Shown one piece after another: positions 13,441 through 25,189 of a stretch of DNA of 64,000 nucleotides. The notes beneath the pieces are model-generated. The model saw only the letters and a program-made list of their open reading frames with translations, was not told the DNA's origin and did not search any database. The translations under genes were made by a program, and so were the position numbers. The stretch comes from Zancudomyces culisetae HAW-14-8 (taxonomy: Eukaryota; Fungi; Kickxellomycota), in contig JBNJNM010000006.1 in the NCBI GenBank assembly GCA_052426225.1, positions 310,001 to 374,000 of the forward strand, in the 5' to 3' direction. Position 1 is the stretch's first letter. Each line of letters opens with the position of its first letter.

Positions 13441-15060
13441 TCGTTTGGTTCTGTTTTGATAACTATAATTTAAATGAATTCGTTCTGCAGTAATTTTTGT
13501 TCCTCTAACACAATTTATATATTATCATAATTCATGTATTCTGGTGTCTCAGCATCTTTTTTCACCCGCATTCATCATAACGTTTCAGTGGTTGACTTAT
13601 TAAAATAATATCATAAAATTTAATTCAGTGAATTTTCTTGAATTTATTTGTTTACCTTAATAATCTTTTAGTTAAGCACTCAAATATTGGTAATGATTGA
13701 AAAAGCTATTAAGCAACAGATCAAACTATCGTTTATTGTTGTACTATATTTTTACTTGTCCCATTTTTTAATTGACATATTAAGTGTTTGGAATGGAAAT
13801 TATTCATAATAATAGTTTGTGCAATTTTTGGTTTATTATGATATTACATTATGCAGGTTTTGATTGCTAAAATACTTCCAACAATTGAACATGTAATATG
13901 ATCTTAAAATATCGGATAATGTTAGCAAAGTAATTGCTATAATAAACTAAATTCAATATTTTTATTAATATAAATACAACAATATACTAAAATATTATTA
14001 TTCAATGTTTAGTCAAATCATTTTAAAATTTAAATACAAACAAATATTGCTCGGAAATATAACTGTATAATACCATGTTAAAAAAATGAAATGATAAAAA
14101 TTTGTTTCTTTAAACTAGATCTTTATATCAATTTATATCAATGGCAAATAAAATAAATTTCAAGATTAACATAGTAAGTTCACTGATAATGATCTTATAA
14201 TATTTATTTATATTGATTTATATTTTGAAAAATATATAACTCATAAAAGTAAAATAACTCATACAGGGTTCTTATGATAAATTATTAATATATAATATTA
14301 TCATTATTAGGTTATATTTCTATAATTACAAATATATCATTAAAATATAATTAAAAATTTTATGTGACAGAAATTGCTATAAAAACATATTTTTTAAATA
14401 TTGTACAATTTATGTCCAAAAATTAAGTTACACATCGTATATCTTATAAACATAAAAATGATTGATCGGTCATAATATCCGTATTTGAAGTACTAAATTT
14501 ATTATTAAAATCTCAAAATAATATTGTATTACAAAATTAAAATAAAATTGATATTTTATGCATAGAATTTATAACTAATAGCATTTAGAACTAATTAATT
14601 TAATATAGAAAATGTATGAATAATTCTTATTCCGTATATTAATTGTTTGAAATCTTTATTATTCAAAATTCATTTATCATAAGATTTTATTTATATGTTC
14701 CAAAATCTTCGAAATTCGTATTATGAGATGGAAAACTCAAGAAAATTTTATTGAGTTCAATATCAGTACAAATTTTTTTTGAAATTTTAGGGGTTAAAAG
14801 TATGAAAAAATTTTCTTAAAACAAAAACCAAATGAAAATAAAAGTATATAAACCGTCCTTTTTTCCAGTTTTCTTGAGTTCCTTACCATCTTTTCTTTCG
14901 CTAGGTACACAACCAGCATTTATATACATATTTAAACATAAATAAAGTCAATCATGAATAATGCAAACATTTCGCAAGAAATGCTTCAGGAAATCCTCAA
15001 CTGACTTATGTCCTGAAAAAATCAGGTTCACAGCAACAGGCAGCATCAGTCACAGAGTCA

Positions 15061-15726
15061 GTGGATATGGATCCGCCAGTTTCTCATATTACAGAAAGGC
15101 CACAGCCCGCCGACATGGAGCTCTACAATGAGCTCCAAGAAGCTCTTCCAACCGTTACGGAAGACTTCTTCAAGTCCCCTCTGTCCGACATCAATCGGAA
15201 GAAGTTTTTTGCCGCCGTCCCCAGAAACTCTGCCATGGACTATGACCCTCCCGCGATCAATGTCAAGTTATCCAGCTCTGCCAAACGCACCGACGCTGCC
15301 ATGTACGATGCACAGTACAGGTTATCGGCAATCACCAGGCCGATTGACTTCTTTGTGCATGAGTGCATTCAGGGTGGCAGCCAAGTGCCAGCCTCCAAGG
15401 TTATTGAGTTTGCCAACTCAATCAGGATTCTCTTGGCTGATGCGGCAACGCACCTCAGCCAGTGCAGAATCAATCAGGCATACAGAGATGCGGGTGTTGA
15501 AACCGACACGCCGCAACTCTATCCAGAAACCAAGAAGTCCCTTGTCGACACAAGCCAGATTGTCGAAGCAAAGGCCAGCCAGCAAGCGGCCCAGAGGGCA
15601 CTCAAGAGCTACCAGTCACGCAGGCCCAGATACACCGGTCAGAGAGCATTTCCAAGCCTCATGGGAATGCAGCAAGGCCAGCAACCACAGATCCAAGAGC
15701 CACAGCAGGTCCAGGAGCAGAGGTAG
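15061..15726 (+). CDS. DIRS gag-like ORF1 (partial, disrupted at both ends)
   Basis: Position upstream of RT; YRLSAITRPIDFF segment. Confidence 0.7.
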   Translation: MDMDPPVSHITERPQPADMELYNELQEALPTVTEDFFKSPLSDINRKKFFAAVPRNSAMDYDPPAINVKLSSSAKRTDAAMYDAQYRLSAITRPIDFFVHECIQGGSQVPASKVIEFANSIRILLADAATHLSQCRINQAYRDAGVETDTPQLYPETKKSLVDTSQIVEAKASQQAAQRALKSYQSRRPRYTGQRAFPSLMGMQQGQQPQIQEPQQVQEQR

Positions 15727-15854
15727 CCCCGTTTCAATGCTCCTAAGAATAATTTTCGGGGTGGCAGCAGCATCAGACCCCAAGCGTAAGGGGTAGACTG
15801 AAGCTCTTCCAGGAGGCATAGAAGAAGCTTACCGATCACCAGTGGGTACTCCAG

Positions 15855-17669
15855 GTGATCAAGGAAGGGTTTCGTATCCCCTTCAATGCGCATCCTCCCA
15901 CGGTCAAGCAGCCAAAGCCGTGCGTGAAGGACTTAAAGAAACTTCCGGAAAAGGTCGTCGAGCAGGAGATTACAAGTCTCCTCTCCAAAAAAGCTATAGA
16001 GGAAGTTTCAGCAGCGCAGCCAGGATTCTTCTCAAGGACATTCACCGTCCCAAAGAAGAATGGAGGAACACGGATGGTTCTCAACCTGAGACCTTTAAAC
16101 CAGTACATCCCCGAGCAGCATTTCAAGATGGAATCACTGAACACTATCTCGCGAATGTTGCGAAAGGGTGACTGGATGACAAGCATCGATCTCAGCGATG
16201 CTTTCATGCACGTGCTCATCAACAAGGCGTCAAGAAAATATCTCAGGTTCACGTGGGGCCATCGCATCTACCAGTACAGGGTACTGCCATTTGGTCTGTC
16301 CTTAAGCCCGCTATTATTCACCAAAATACTAAAGCCAGTTCTCAAGTGGGCCAGAGCTCGAGGGATCCGAATCTCGAGCTACTTGGACGATTTGCTGGTC
16401 TTGGGATCAACCAAAAGCGAGTGTACCAAGTACACTGCGATGGTTGCAAACAAGCTAGCCAAGCTAGGGTTCATTATAAACAACGAGAAGTCGTCAATGA
16501 ACCCCAAGCTGTCTATCAGCCATTTTGGTATGGACATCAACACCCGCCAAATGAGCTTCAGGATTCCCAAGCAGAAACTCAGGGATCTCACGCGAGAGGC
16601 ATCCAAACTGATCAGGAATGGGAAGACGACGCTGAGATGCTTAGCGTCTTTCATTGGCAAGACACAGGCAGTGAACATCGCTCTCCGTCCAGGCAGACTC
16701 ATGAGCAGGAGACTTTTAGAGCTCAAGAATGCTACCCTGCGGACCACGCAGAATTGGAGCAGAGAAGTATCTTTGGATCAGCCAGCTCTAGACAATCTGA
16801 TCTGGTGGAGAGATCATCTGAATGAATGGAACGGCCTGAGCTTCCTCCCAGAGATTCCGGAAGTGGAAGTCTACACAGACGCAAGCGACTTCCATTGGGG
16901 GATAGTTATTGGTCAGAGCCAGTACTCAGGAATATGGACCAAAGCACAGTCCAAGCTCCCGATCAACGCCAAGGAGCTACTAGCCATATACAAGGCTATC
17001 AAGATGCCCCAGGTAAAGGGCAGGAGTGTGGTTGTATACTGCGACAACAACACCTCCATCAGCTATGTCAAGAAACAGGGAGAGACCAGATCGCCCAACC
17101 TGCTAGACATATCGGAACTGATGTGGAAACACTGCATCAGCAACGGGACCAGGGTACAGGTCCAGTACGTACCATCCATTGTGAATCCGGCAGACGTCTC
17201 ATCCCGGCTTACTTTGCAGACCGAATGGTCGATATCGGAAAGAGTGTTTCAAAGGATTCAAAAATACTTTGGTCCTCACGATATCGACATGTTTGCGAGC
17301 AGCACCAATCACAAACTGAACACATTTGTGAGTTGGAAATACTGCCCCCAAGCAGTCAGGATCAACGCCTTCAACCACAGTTGGACAGTGTGGAAGAATC
17401 CATACATGTGCCCACCGTGGAATCTGATCCAGCGTACCATCCAGAAGATCCGTCAGGAGAGAATCACGGTGACTCTGATCACGCCGTTTTGGAGATCAGC
17501 CCCGTGGTATCCGGACCTGAAGAGCCTGTCAATTGCACCGCCAATCAAGATTCATCCGTCAGCAGTTATCCCAGACCCGAGAAGCGGAAAAGCAGCGACA
17601 ATGCGCAACAAGACATGGTCACTTACGGCTTGGCGGTTAAGCGCGCAAGGTATCAGGAAGCAGGATTAG
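15855..17669 (+). CDS. DIRS RT / RNase H / adenine methyltransferase-like polyprotein
   Basis: IDLSDAF, LPFGLSLSP, YLDD, YTDAS, INAKEL, DMFAS and CPPW motifs. Confidence 0.92.
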   Translation: MIKEGFRIPFNAHPPTVKQPKPCVKDLKKLPEKVVEQEITSLLSKKAIEEVSAAQPGFFSRTFTVPKKNGGTRMVLNLRPLNQYIPEQHFKMESLNTISRMLRKGDWMTSIDLSDAFMHVLINKASRKYLRFTWGHRIYQYRVLPFGLSLSPLLFTKILKPVLKWARARGIRISSYLDDLLVLGSTKSECTKYTAMVANKLAKLGFIINNEKSSMNPKLSISHFGMDINTRQMSFRIPKQKLRDLTREASKLIRNGKTTLRCLASFIGKTQAVNIALRPGRLMSRRLLELKNATLRTTQNWSREVSLDQPALDNLIWWRDHLNEWNGLSFLPEIPEVEVYTDASDFHWGIVIGQSQYSGIWTKAQSKLPINAKELLAIYKAIKMPQVKGRSVVVYCDNNTSISYVKKQGETRSPNLLDISELMWKHCISNGTRVQVQYVPSIVNPADVSSRLTLQTEWSISERVFQRIQKYFGPHDIDMFASSTNHKLNTFVSWKYCPQAVRINAFNHSWTVWKNPYMCPPWNLIQRTIQKIRQERITVTLITPFWRSAPWYPDLKSLSIAPPIKIHPSAVIPDPRSGKAATMRNKTWSLTAWRLSAQGIRKQD

Positions 17670-18620
17670 ATAACCAGGTCATCAATTTGATGCTCGACAA
17701 CACTCGAGTTAAGACCAAGCAGAAGAAATATCTGAACCCGAAGACCAAGTTCCTACAGTGGCTTTCACAATCTTCAATCTCCATAGAAAACGTAACAGTC
17801 GTTGACGTTATCAACTATCTGGAACAGCAGCGGAAGGCGCTAAACTGGAGAATCGGAACAGTCAAGAACTACAAGTCCGCCATTCTTGAAATAACCAGTG
17901 ATTGGGCTTCTTTCAGTGACGATCCACTAATGAAAGAGTATCTCAAACAACTATCTTCATCAAACGTCAGATCCTTTGACAATCCGCTTTACGACATCAG
18001 TCCAATTATTGACCACATCAGGAAACTTGGGCCTAACTCCAGAATGTCAAAGTATGACTTGACAGCAATACAATGCTGACTCATAGCCTTCTGTGACTTT
18101 CTCAGGCCAAGCGACATTGAGAGGATTGACGACAGCAAGACGTCAGTGACAAGAGAATACATCAAGTTTATTATTGTTGGACCAAAGGAAAAGCGCAATG
18201 GAACTCCAATTGAAAAAGTTTCAATAATCCATGCACACTCTGACAAGAAATTATGTCCGGTTGTAACCTATCAGGTTTACAAAAAGTGGATTGCGGTTAC
18301 ATCATGCGTAAAACCACATCCTTTGCTCGACGGAAACTCAATATCCTATCTCATCAGGAGTCTCAAGGACCACAGTACTAACATTGGAGCACAGCGTATT
18401 AGCAAGCACATTAACAAACTTATGTCGCTTATACCATTACCGCCAAACGCTAAAGTACCAATAGCAAGAGCACTTGGATCAACTCGTGCTACTTCATCAG
18501 GTGCAACATACGATGATGTTATAACAAGGATTTTGGGCAAGCAGAGGAATATTTGATACATACTATCAGTTATCACGTAGAACAAGAGAAAATAAGACTC
18601 TACACGTATTAAACTCTGAA
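17640..18620 (+). pseudogene. DIRS tyrosine recombinase (stop at 18077, frameshift near 18525)
   Basis: FLRPSD, KEKR, LCPV, ARALGST, FDTYY segments. Confidence 0.85.
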
Positions 18621-20159
18621 GCACATAATGTATCTGGCCAATGCAACATAATACTATGTTGATTTGCATATAATGAAAAATTATTATTAGTATGCGAATA
18701 CCAGATACAAAAAGTTCCACCCAGTCCCTCCCTAACCTAGCAAAAAAATTGTAATTATACAAGAATGCTAAATAACATTTCGTGATTTAATATTTATAGC
18801 ATATTGTATAAAATAAATGTTATCATAATTTAATGATTATAATTAAGTAATATTGAACTACAAACTGTTTATTTAATTTATAAAATATATCATTTTTTAA
18901 TTAGATGAATGGTTTTTATAATTTGTAAATTAGTATACAAAAATACATCATTATACATTTATGTTTTAGCTAACAAATGTCTAAAAATTTCAAAATATAT
19001 ATGAAATAATAGTAATTAGATTAAATTAATGGTAGTATGCATATTCTAATTTTCTGATACTATAACTATTGGCAAGATTATTTTAAAAATATTATATTTA
19101 CTATGGTTAATTAAGTACAAAAATTAAGGGCTAGTTGAAAAGAATACTTTACAATGTTAAAATATCATTGATTTACATAATACCTGTTTAAATTTAATTT
19201 TAATTGTAACTTCGAACCTTAGTAATAATTATTGCCAAACTAATTCTTTGAATCATACATATTATTAACATCAAATAATGTAAATTATAGTTGCATTTAA
19301 ATTCTGCAATGACATTAAAATGAAATTAAACATAATTTATTAACTGTTTTTTATGAAATGTGTATTCTTATATATCAGTAATTAACTTAAACTTATATTG
19401 TAAGTATCAATTGTAAATTATGTCGAATAATGTAATTTAAGACATTATACAATAAATATGTTACAATAGATTTTTGGTATTTCATCTTGTTAAATTCAAT
19501 AGTACGAATGATTTGTCTGTTTATTAGTAATATCTTTTTATCATAACATTTAAAGAGATTATATGTTAATTTATATAATTGTTTTTTGAAAAAAATAAAG
19601 TTTTGATGAGATATTATGGTATATATACTAACTATAAAATACATAAATCAATATATATATCAATATTAATATTTAATATTATCTAATATAAACTCATTAC
19701 AATTAATTTACTTGTACTACCATAATATAAATTTCAAACTAATATTTAAATAGGTGATTTCTAATATCGTGATACTCTAAACTAGAAAAGCTGTATAACA
19801 ATAATTTCTAAAGCAACTTAACTTTATATATAGTTTTGACCAATTTATACATTATTTCAAAAGTAAGTTGATAATAATTTCGGAAACACCGAAATAAACC
19901 ACCATAAATAAAAAATAATACATTTTAAATATCTAGAACTGGTTAAAACTCCGTATTCGATTTCCCAACCCCAACGTCAAATTGCTTTTCAATGCATAGA
20001 AATCATTCTATTTATTTTTGTCAGAATCGCATTATTTACCCATAAGTTTTAATATTTATTTTTAATCATATTTAATTACCTTTGAATCCTAACTTGGGAA
20101 CATAAAGTTTCCCAACTTAAATAAATTAGTTTCCTGACATTTTGGGAAACTTCTAATTA

Positions 20160-21128
20160 TTGGTTGAAGAGTTAATGATGGTCCACCAATTAGATGAGAT
20201 CGCAAAATTAGCTATGCAACAAGCTTTGCAAGAAAGTCAAGCTCAAGCCCAGGCTCAAGCCCAGACACCCGCCCAAGTTCCCAGTCAGTTGCAGAATTTG
20301 CCTGCACCAAATCCGCAGCCAAGGATTGATGGTATCAGAATACCAGAAATCCAGAAATACTCAGGAGAATCAGGAAGGTTCCGAGCCTTCACCGCCGAGA
20401 TCAAGCGCCAGTTCTGGGCCAGACCAGACGTGTTCCAGAGTGACCATAACAAGATATGGTTCATCAGTTCTCACCTTGCCGGTCATGCTGCCCTGTGGTT
20501 CGATAACCTTATCGATACCCAATCACCGTTGCTCTCAGATTTCAAAGGGTTTGAGAATGAATTTCAAAAGAGATTCTCAGATCCTGGCCACCAAGCCCGA
20601 GCTATCACCCAGCTTCATAGTTGCCGCCAGTCCCAGCGTTCCGTCCTGGAATTTGCAACCGAGTTCAGAAACCTCGCCTCTCTCAGTGGATTCAACGAGC
20701 CAGCCAAAATTCACCTGTTTTACATCGGATTGGATACTAGCCTTGTCCAGCGCCTTGCCACTGAACCGCTACCAAACACCTTGGACCAGCTCATTGATCA
20801 GGTGATTGAGCTTGAGAACAGAATCAATGCCCGCAGTGCCTACCTGCCCAAGAGAAGCGTCCCATTCCGCAACTGGAGTACTCCGGCTCCACCGGTCTTC
20901 CCCCGTCCAGCCATGCCTGTCCCAGATCACCAGGCTTCTGAACCAATGGACGTTGATGCCGTCACCTCCCGTCCAAGAGCACCGCTAGATACAGCCGAAC
21001 GCCAGAGAAGATTAGCCAATAATCTTTGTCTATACTGTGGTCAGCCGAACCACATTCTCCGTAACTGTCCGCTCCGCAGGCCAAGACCCCCTATACCTGG
21101 GTTGCCAAAAGACAGTGCTCAGATGTAG
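20160..21128 (+). CDS. gag: Chromovirus Gag
   Basis: PMDVD motif and CLYCGQPNHILRNC zinc knuckle. Confidence 0.95.
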   Translation: MVEELMMVHQLDEIAKLAMQQALQESQAQAQAQAQTPAQVPSQLQNLPAPNPQPRIDGIRIPEIQKYSGESGRFRAFTAEIKRQFWARPDVFQSDHNKIWFISSHLAGHAALWFDNLIDTQSPLLSDFKGFENEFQKRFSDPGHQARAITQLHSCRQSQRSVLEFATEFRNLASLSGFNEPAKIHLFYIGLDTSLVQRLATEPLPNTLDQLIDQVIELENRINARSAYLPKRSVPFRNWSTPAPPVFPRPAMPVPDHQASEPMDVDAVTSRPRAPLDTAERQRRLANNLCLYCGQPNHILRNCPLRRPRPPIPGLPKDSAQM

Positions 21129-24100
21129 TCCGGGAGTTACTCCTGAGCGTAGCAAATAATTCTAATATTTCTAGCAATAAATTTCATATTAAAGTTGTTT
21201 TAAATAATCTACACGAACTTGTTGCATTAGTGAACTCCGGTGCTTCAGCCAACTTTATTCGTCAAGATTTATTAGAAAAACTAAACCTCCCAACCGTTGA
21301 AGCAGAAAAAACCATTGTCCTAGAAAGCGTTGATGGACACCAGATATACCCAGGGGGCATAAATGTCAAGGTTGATAATGCCCATATCAAGTCCGGTCCT
21401 AACCACTCTGAACACCTAGACCTTATCCCGATTCCAACCAATTACGCTGACATCATATTTGGATTACCCTGGTTACAGAAACACAATCCTAGTATAACTT
21501 GGCCAGACCTCCAGATCCACTTTGACTCTGACTTTTGCAGTACAAATTGTGTTGATACCCACTCCATCCAGGCCGTGTTCAAGTCACCTGAAGAACCAGA
21601 CCCAGATCCAGATCTAGTAGAACAAAATACCAGTCAGAATACGTCCACAAACCCAACCATCCTCCAAAGGGTGTTGAATAGATTATCAACTACCCTGCTT
21701 CCACACAGTGCCAAGTTGCTCGAATCGGTCAAGTTGGACGATTCAAACACTGAAAATCAAAGATTTTCACCGCCTCCGTCTCCTGATCTCCCCAGCCCAG
21801 CTCCGTCAAATCCATACGCCAGAATTGAAGAGATTCTTCCTGTTCCTGTTCCTGCACCAGTCCAATCAGTCACTCCAGAACCTGAAACCCAAAGTTTGCC
21901 CAAACCCACCGCTATTGAGAATCGAGTAAATAACCATGTTAAGCAAATTTCTGAGCCCCGTCGTCCAGTAACCCCTGTTCCAAAAGTACCACTCAGACCT
22001 GAACTTCCCAAAGCAATCCTGAAGAAAATTGAGCCAAGAGAACCAGTCGTCAGATCCCGGCCATTTCATAAAAATACCCCAGTCACCACCCCCGAGCCAG
22101 AATATTCCTTGGATCCAGATCCTGTAACTTTTGCCGTTTCTGAGTCCCCGCTAGAGTACTTGGAAGAATTTCCGCAACTTCCAGTAATATACTCTGAATT
22201 CAAGGAAGTGTTCAATCCCAAGTCTGCCGTCTCACTTCCTCCTCACCGCCGTTATGACTGTCCTGTCAACACCAAAGAGGGTTACACCCCATACTGGGGG
22301 CCAATATACCCGCTATCTGAAGTAGAGTTAGAGTCTCTAAGAGGTTACATCCGCGAAAACCTCACCAATGGCTTCACCAGACGCACTGTTTCCCCTGCCG
22401 GTGCACCAATCATGTTTGTAAAGAAGAAGTCTGGAGACTTGCGCCTTTGTGTTGACTACCGCCGATTGAACGAAGCTACCATCAAGAATAGGTACCCATT
22501 ACCTAGGATTGATGAGGCGTTCGATCGGCTGCGTACAGCCAAGGTCTTTACAAAATTGGATCTCAAAGGTGCCTACAACTTGGTGCGGATCAAGGAAGGT
22601 GACGAGTGGAAAACTGCATTTAGGTGCAGATATGGCCACTTTGAGTACCAGGTCATGCCATTTGGCTTGACAAATGCTCCCGCTACCTTTCAGCACTTTA
22701 TCAATGATGTGTTACGAGATGTATTGGATCTCTATGCAATTGCATACCTTGACGACATCTTGATATTTTCCAATGACACTGACACTCACATCAATCATGT
22801 GAAATCTGTTCTGAAAAAGCTGCTTGAAAATGGTCTGTACTGTAACGCCGAAAAATGTCACTTCCATATCAGGGAAGTTGAATTTCTAGGCCATGTTGTG
22901 TCTTCAGATGGAATAGCCACCGATCCTGCTAAAGTCAAGTGTGTAAAGGAATGGCTACCACCCACCAATGTCAAGGAGGTCCAGAAGTTTCTCGGTTTTG
23001 CCAATTACTACCGAAAGTTTATCCCATACTTCTCGCTGAAAGCCCTGCCAATCACAAGACTTCTGAAAAAGGATACACCGTTCGTTTGGAGTAAGGAGGC
23101 AGGTGAAGCCTTTAATACTCTTATCCAGGATCTCACCACTTCCCCCGTTCTCAGATACCCTGACCCAGGAAAACAGTTTATTCTGGAAACTGACGCCTCA
23201 GACTACGCCATTGGGGCTGCTCTATCCCAAGAAGATGAAAACGGTGATCTCCGTCCTTGTGCCTACTACTCTTACAAACTCAACACTGCCGAATCCAACT
23301 ATAATATCTATGACAAGGAACTTTTGGCAATCATCAAGGCTCTCAAAGAATGGCGACATCATCTGGAAGGCTCCTCCATCCCGTTCAAGATTCTTACTGA
23401 CCATAAGAATCTGGAGACCTTTAAAAATCTGAAGTCACTCAACAGAAGACACGCAAGGTGGTCACTTGATCTCAGTAGATTCAGCTTCATCATAACCTAC
23501 AGGCCTGGATCTCAAGGAGGCAAACCTGACGCTCTTTCTCGTTTGCCCAATCACACACCTGATAAGGTCGCCAACAACAACATCATAGGCGAAGACCACT
23601 TCATAGACATTATCAGCATAGTGGACAGTGATTTTGCTCAAGAAATCGCCAAATCCAGCAAAGCCCATCTAGAAGGATTATTGGATGCCGCAAGATACCA
23701 GAGCAGCCATAAGTCTAACGAGCCAGTAGAAGTTGAAGATGGGATTGTAATGCTTGGAAACCGTGTTGTCGTCCCCGACAAAATGAAGCCGCAAGTTGTA
23801 AGTTCTAGACATGACAGTGGCCCAGCCGGCCATTTTGGCGCTAAAAAGACATTGGAGCTCGTGGAACGAGACTTTTGGTTTCCAGGAATGCGCAAATTTA
23901 TTAAAGAGTTTGTTCAAACCTGTGATACATGCAATAGATCAAAGGACAGAAGACACAAAGTTTACGGTAAACTACTTCCGCTACCCGCTCCCTCAGGCCC
24001 ATGGAAATCTATCACCATGGATTTCATAACTGATCTTTCTCCATCCAACAAGCACACTACTATTATGGTAGTGGTAGACAGGTTCACTATAATGAGCCAT

Positions 24101-25060
24101 TTCATCCCGCTTAAGAAGCTGCCATCCTCAGAAGAAACTGCCTCCGCCTTTTTCACACATGTATTCAAGCTTCATGGACTTCCAGACGTCATAATCTCAG
24201 ACCGTGGAACCCAATTCTCGTCCAAATTTTGGAGTTCACTATTCAAACTGCTCAAAGTTGATACTAGAATGTCTACAGCCTTCCATCCAGAGACAGACGG
24301 TCAAACGGAGCGGGTGAATCAAACATTGGAACAGTATCTACGCTGTTTCATCAACTATCAGCAAGATAATTGGTTTGAACTGCTCCCAATTGCCGAATTT
24401 GCTTATAACAACACTCTCCACTCCAGCACTAATACTTCTCCTTTCTTTGCTCTATATGGTTACCATCCAAGATTTGATCCTCAAATCACTAAAAACGTTC
24501 ACGTCCCCAGCGCTACTGATAGGATAAAACAACTCAAAGAACTTCAATCAGCCCTCACTTCCATACTTAACAAGAAATCTCAGGAATATAAAAAGTATGC
24601 TGATGTAAACCGATCTGAACATCCAAAGTATAAACTAGGTGACAAGGTTTGGCTATCCAGCCAAAATATCAAAACTCAAAGGCCTTTTAAAAAGCTTGAC
24701 CATAGACTTCTAGGCCCATTCACTATTTCAAAAATCATCAATCCTGTTTCTGTCCGCTTAGACCTCCCGCCATCAATGAAAATCCATAACAATTTTCATG
24801 TCTCGTTATTGGAACCGTATATCGAACCCAGCAGTAACCGCAGATTATTAAACAGTCTTCCTCCACCCCTAATTATAAATGGAAATATAGAATATGAAGT
24901 TAAGGCTATTTTGGATTCTAGACTTGTACGGGGTAAAAAATATTACTTAGTTGATTGGAAAGGCTTTGATATAAGTGAAAGAAGCTGGGAGCCGATTGAA
25001 AACATAAACGCGCCTCAACTATTGAAAAAATACTATAAGACATATCACAACAAACCATAA
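21110..25060 (+). CDS. pol: Chromovirus Pol (PR-RT-RH-IN-chromodomain), in -1 frame to gag
   Basis: -1 frame open from 21110; YLDD, ETDAS, HHCC, DDE integrase, C-terminal YEVKAILD..YLVDWKG..SWEP chromodomain; protease site reads NSGA. Confidence 0.95.
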   Translation, partial: RQCSDVVRELLLSVANNSNISSNKFHIKVVLNNLHELVALVNSGASANFIRQDLLEKLNLPTVEAEKTIVLESVDGHQIYPGGINVKVDNAHIKSGPNHSEHLDLIPIPTNYADIIFGLPWLQKHNPSITWPDLQIHFDSDFCSTNCVDTHSIQAVFKSPEEPDPDPDLVEQNTSQNTSTNPTILQRVLNRLSTTLLPHSAKLLESVKLDDSNTENQRFSPPPSPDLPSPAPSNPYARIEEILPVPVPAPVQSVTPEPETQSLPKPTAIENRVNNHVKQISEPRRPVTPVPKVPLRPELPKAILKKIEPREPVVRSRPFHKNTPVTTPEPEYSLDPDPVTFAVSESPLEYLEEFPQLPVIYSEFKEVFNPKSAVSLPPHRRYDCPVNTKEGYTPYWGPIYPLSEVELESLRGYIRENLTNGFTRRTVSPAGAPIMFVKKKSGDLRLCVDYRRLNEATIKNRYPLPRIDEAFDRLRTAKVFTKLDLKGAYNLVRIKEGDEWKTAFRCRYGHFEYQVMPFGLTNAPATFQHFINDVLRDVLDLYAIAYLDDILIFSNDTDTHINHVKSVLKKLLENGLYCNAEKCHFHIREVEFLGHVVSSDGIATDPAKVKCVKEWLPPTNVKEVQKFLGFANYYRKFIPYFSLKALPITRLLKKDTPFVWSKEAGEAFNTLIQDLTTSPVLRYPDPGKQFILETDASDYAIGAALSQEDENGDLRPCAYYSYKLNTAESNYNIYDKELLAIIKALKEWRHHLEGSSIPFKILTDHKNLETFKNLKSLNRRHARWSLDLSRFSFIITYRPGSQGGKPDALSRLPNHTPDKVANNNIIGEDHFIDIISIVDSDFAQEIAKSSKAHLEGLLDAARYQSSHKSNEPVEVEDGIVMLGNRVVVPDKMKPQVVSSRHDSGPAGHFGAKKTLELVERDFWFPGMRKFIKEFVQTCDTCNRSKDRRHKVYGKLLPLPAPSGPWKSITMDFITDLSPSNKHTTIMVVVDRFTIMSHFIPLKKLPSSEETASAFFTHVFKLHGLPDVIISDRGTQFSSKFWSSLFKLLKVDTRMSTAFHPETDGQTERVNQTLEQYLRCFINYQQDNWFELLPIAEFAYNNTLHSSTNTSPFFALYGYHPRFDPQITKNVHVPSATDRIKQLKELQSALTSILNKKSQEYKKYADVNRSEHPKYKLGDKVWLSSQNIKTQRPFKKLDHRLLGPFTISKIINPVSVRLDLPPSMKIHNNFHVSLLEPYIEPSSNRRLLNSLPPPLIINGNIEYEVKAILDSRLVRGKKYYLVDWKGFDISERSWEPIENINAPQLLKKYYKTYHNKP

Positions 25061-25189
25061 GAGCTCATTATATTTTATTATTTAACCAATATTATACCTA
25101 AATACTTATCAAAAAAAATTATAAAAACAACCTAACAACAACCTTAAAACAACTAAAAAGCATAAAAAATTATAAAAGAAAAAATAAAA

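Larger units (their letters stand above)
14800..18780 (+). mobile_element. DIRS1-like tyrosine-recombinase retrotransposon, mildly decayed
   Basis: gag (from ~14954, disrupted), overlapping RT-RNaseH-methyltransferase ORF, YR; CCCTCCC motif in right terminal region; left terminal repeat not found. Confidence 0.9.

Noticed and set aside
13620-14790. Long extremely AT-rich tracts (also 8020-8800, 18800-19850, 40300-41400) as host genes
   Set aside because: No ORFs, motifs or repeats I can support
16826-17640. N-terminal 270 aa of the 417-aa ORF as a separate protein
   Set aside because: Alternate frame overlapping RT/MT; overlap is normal for DIRS and only the C-terminal part resembles YR
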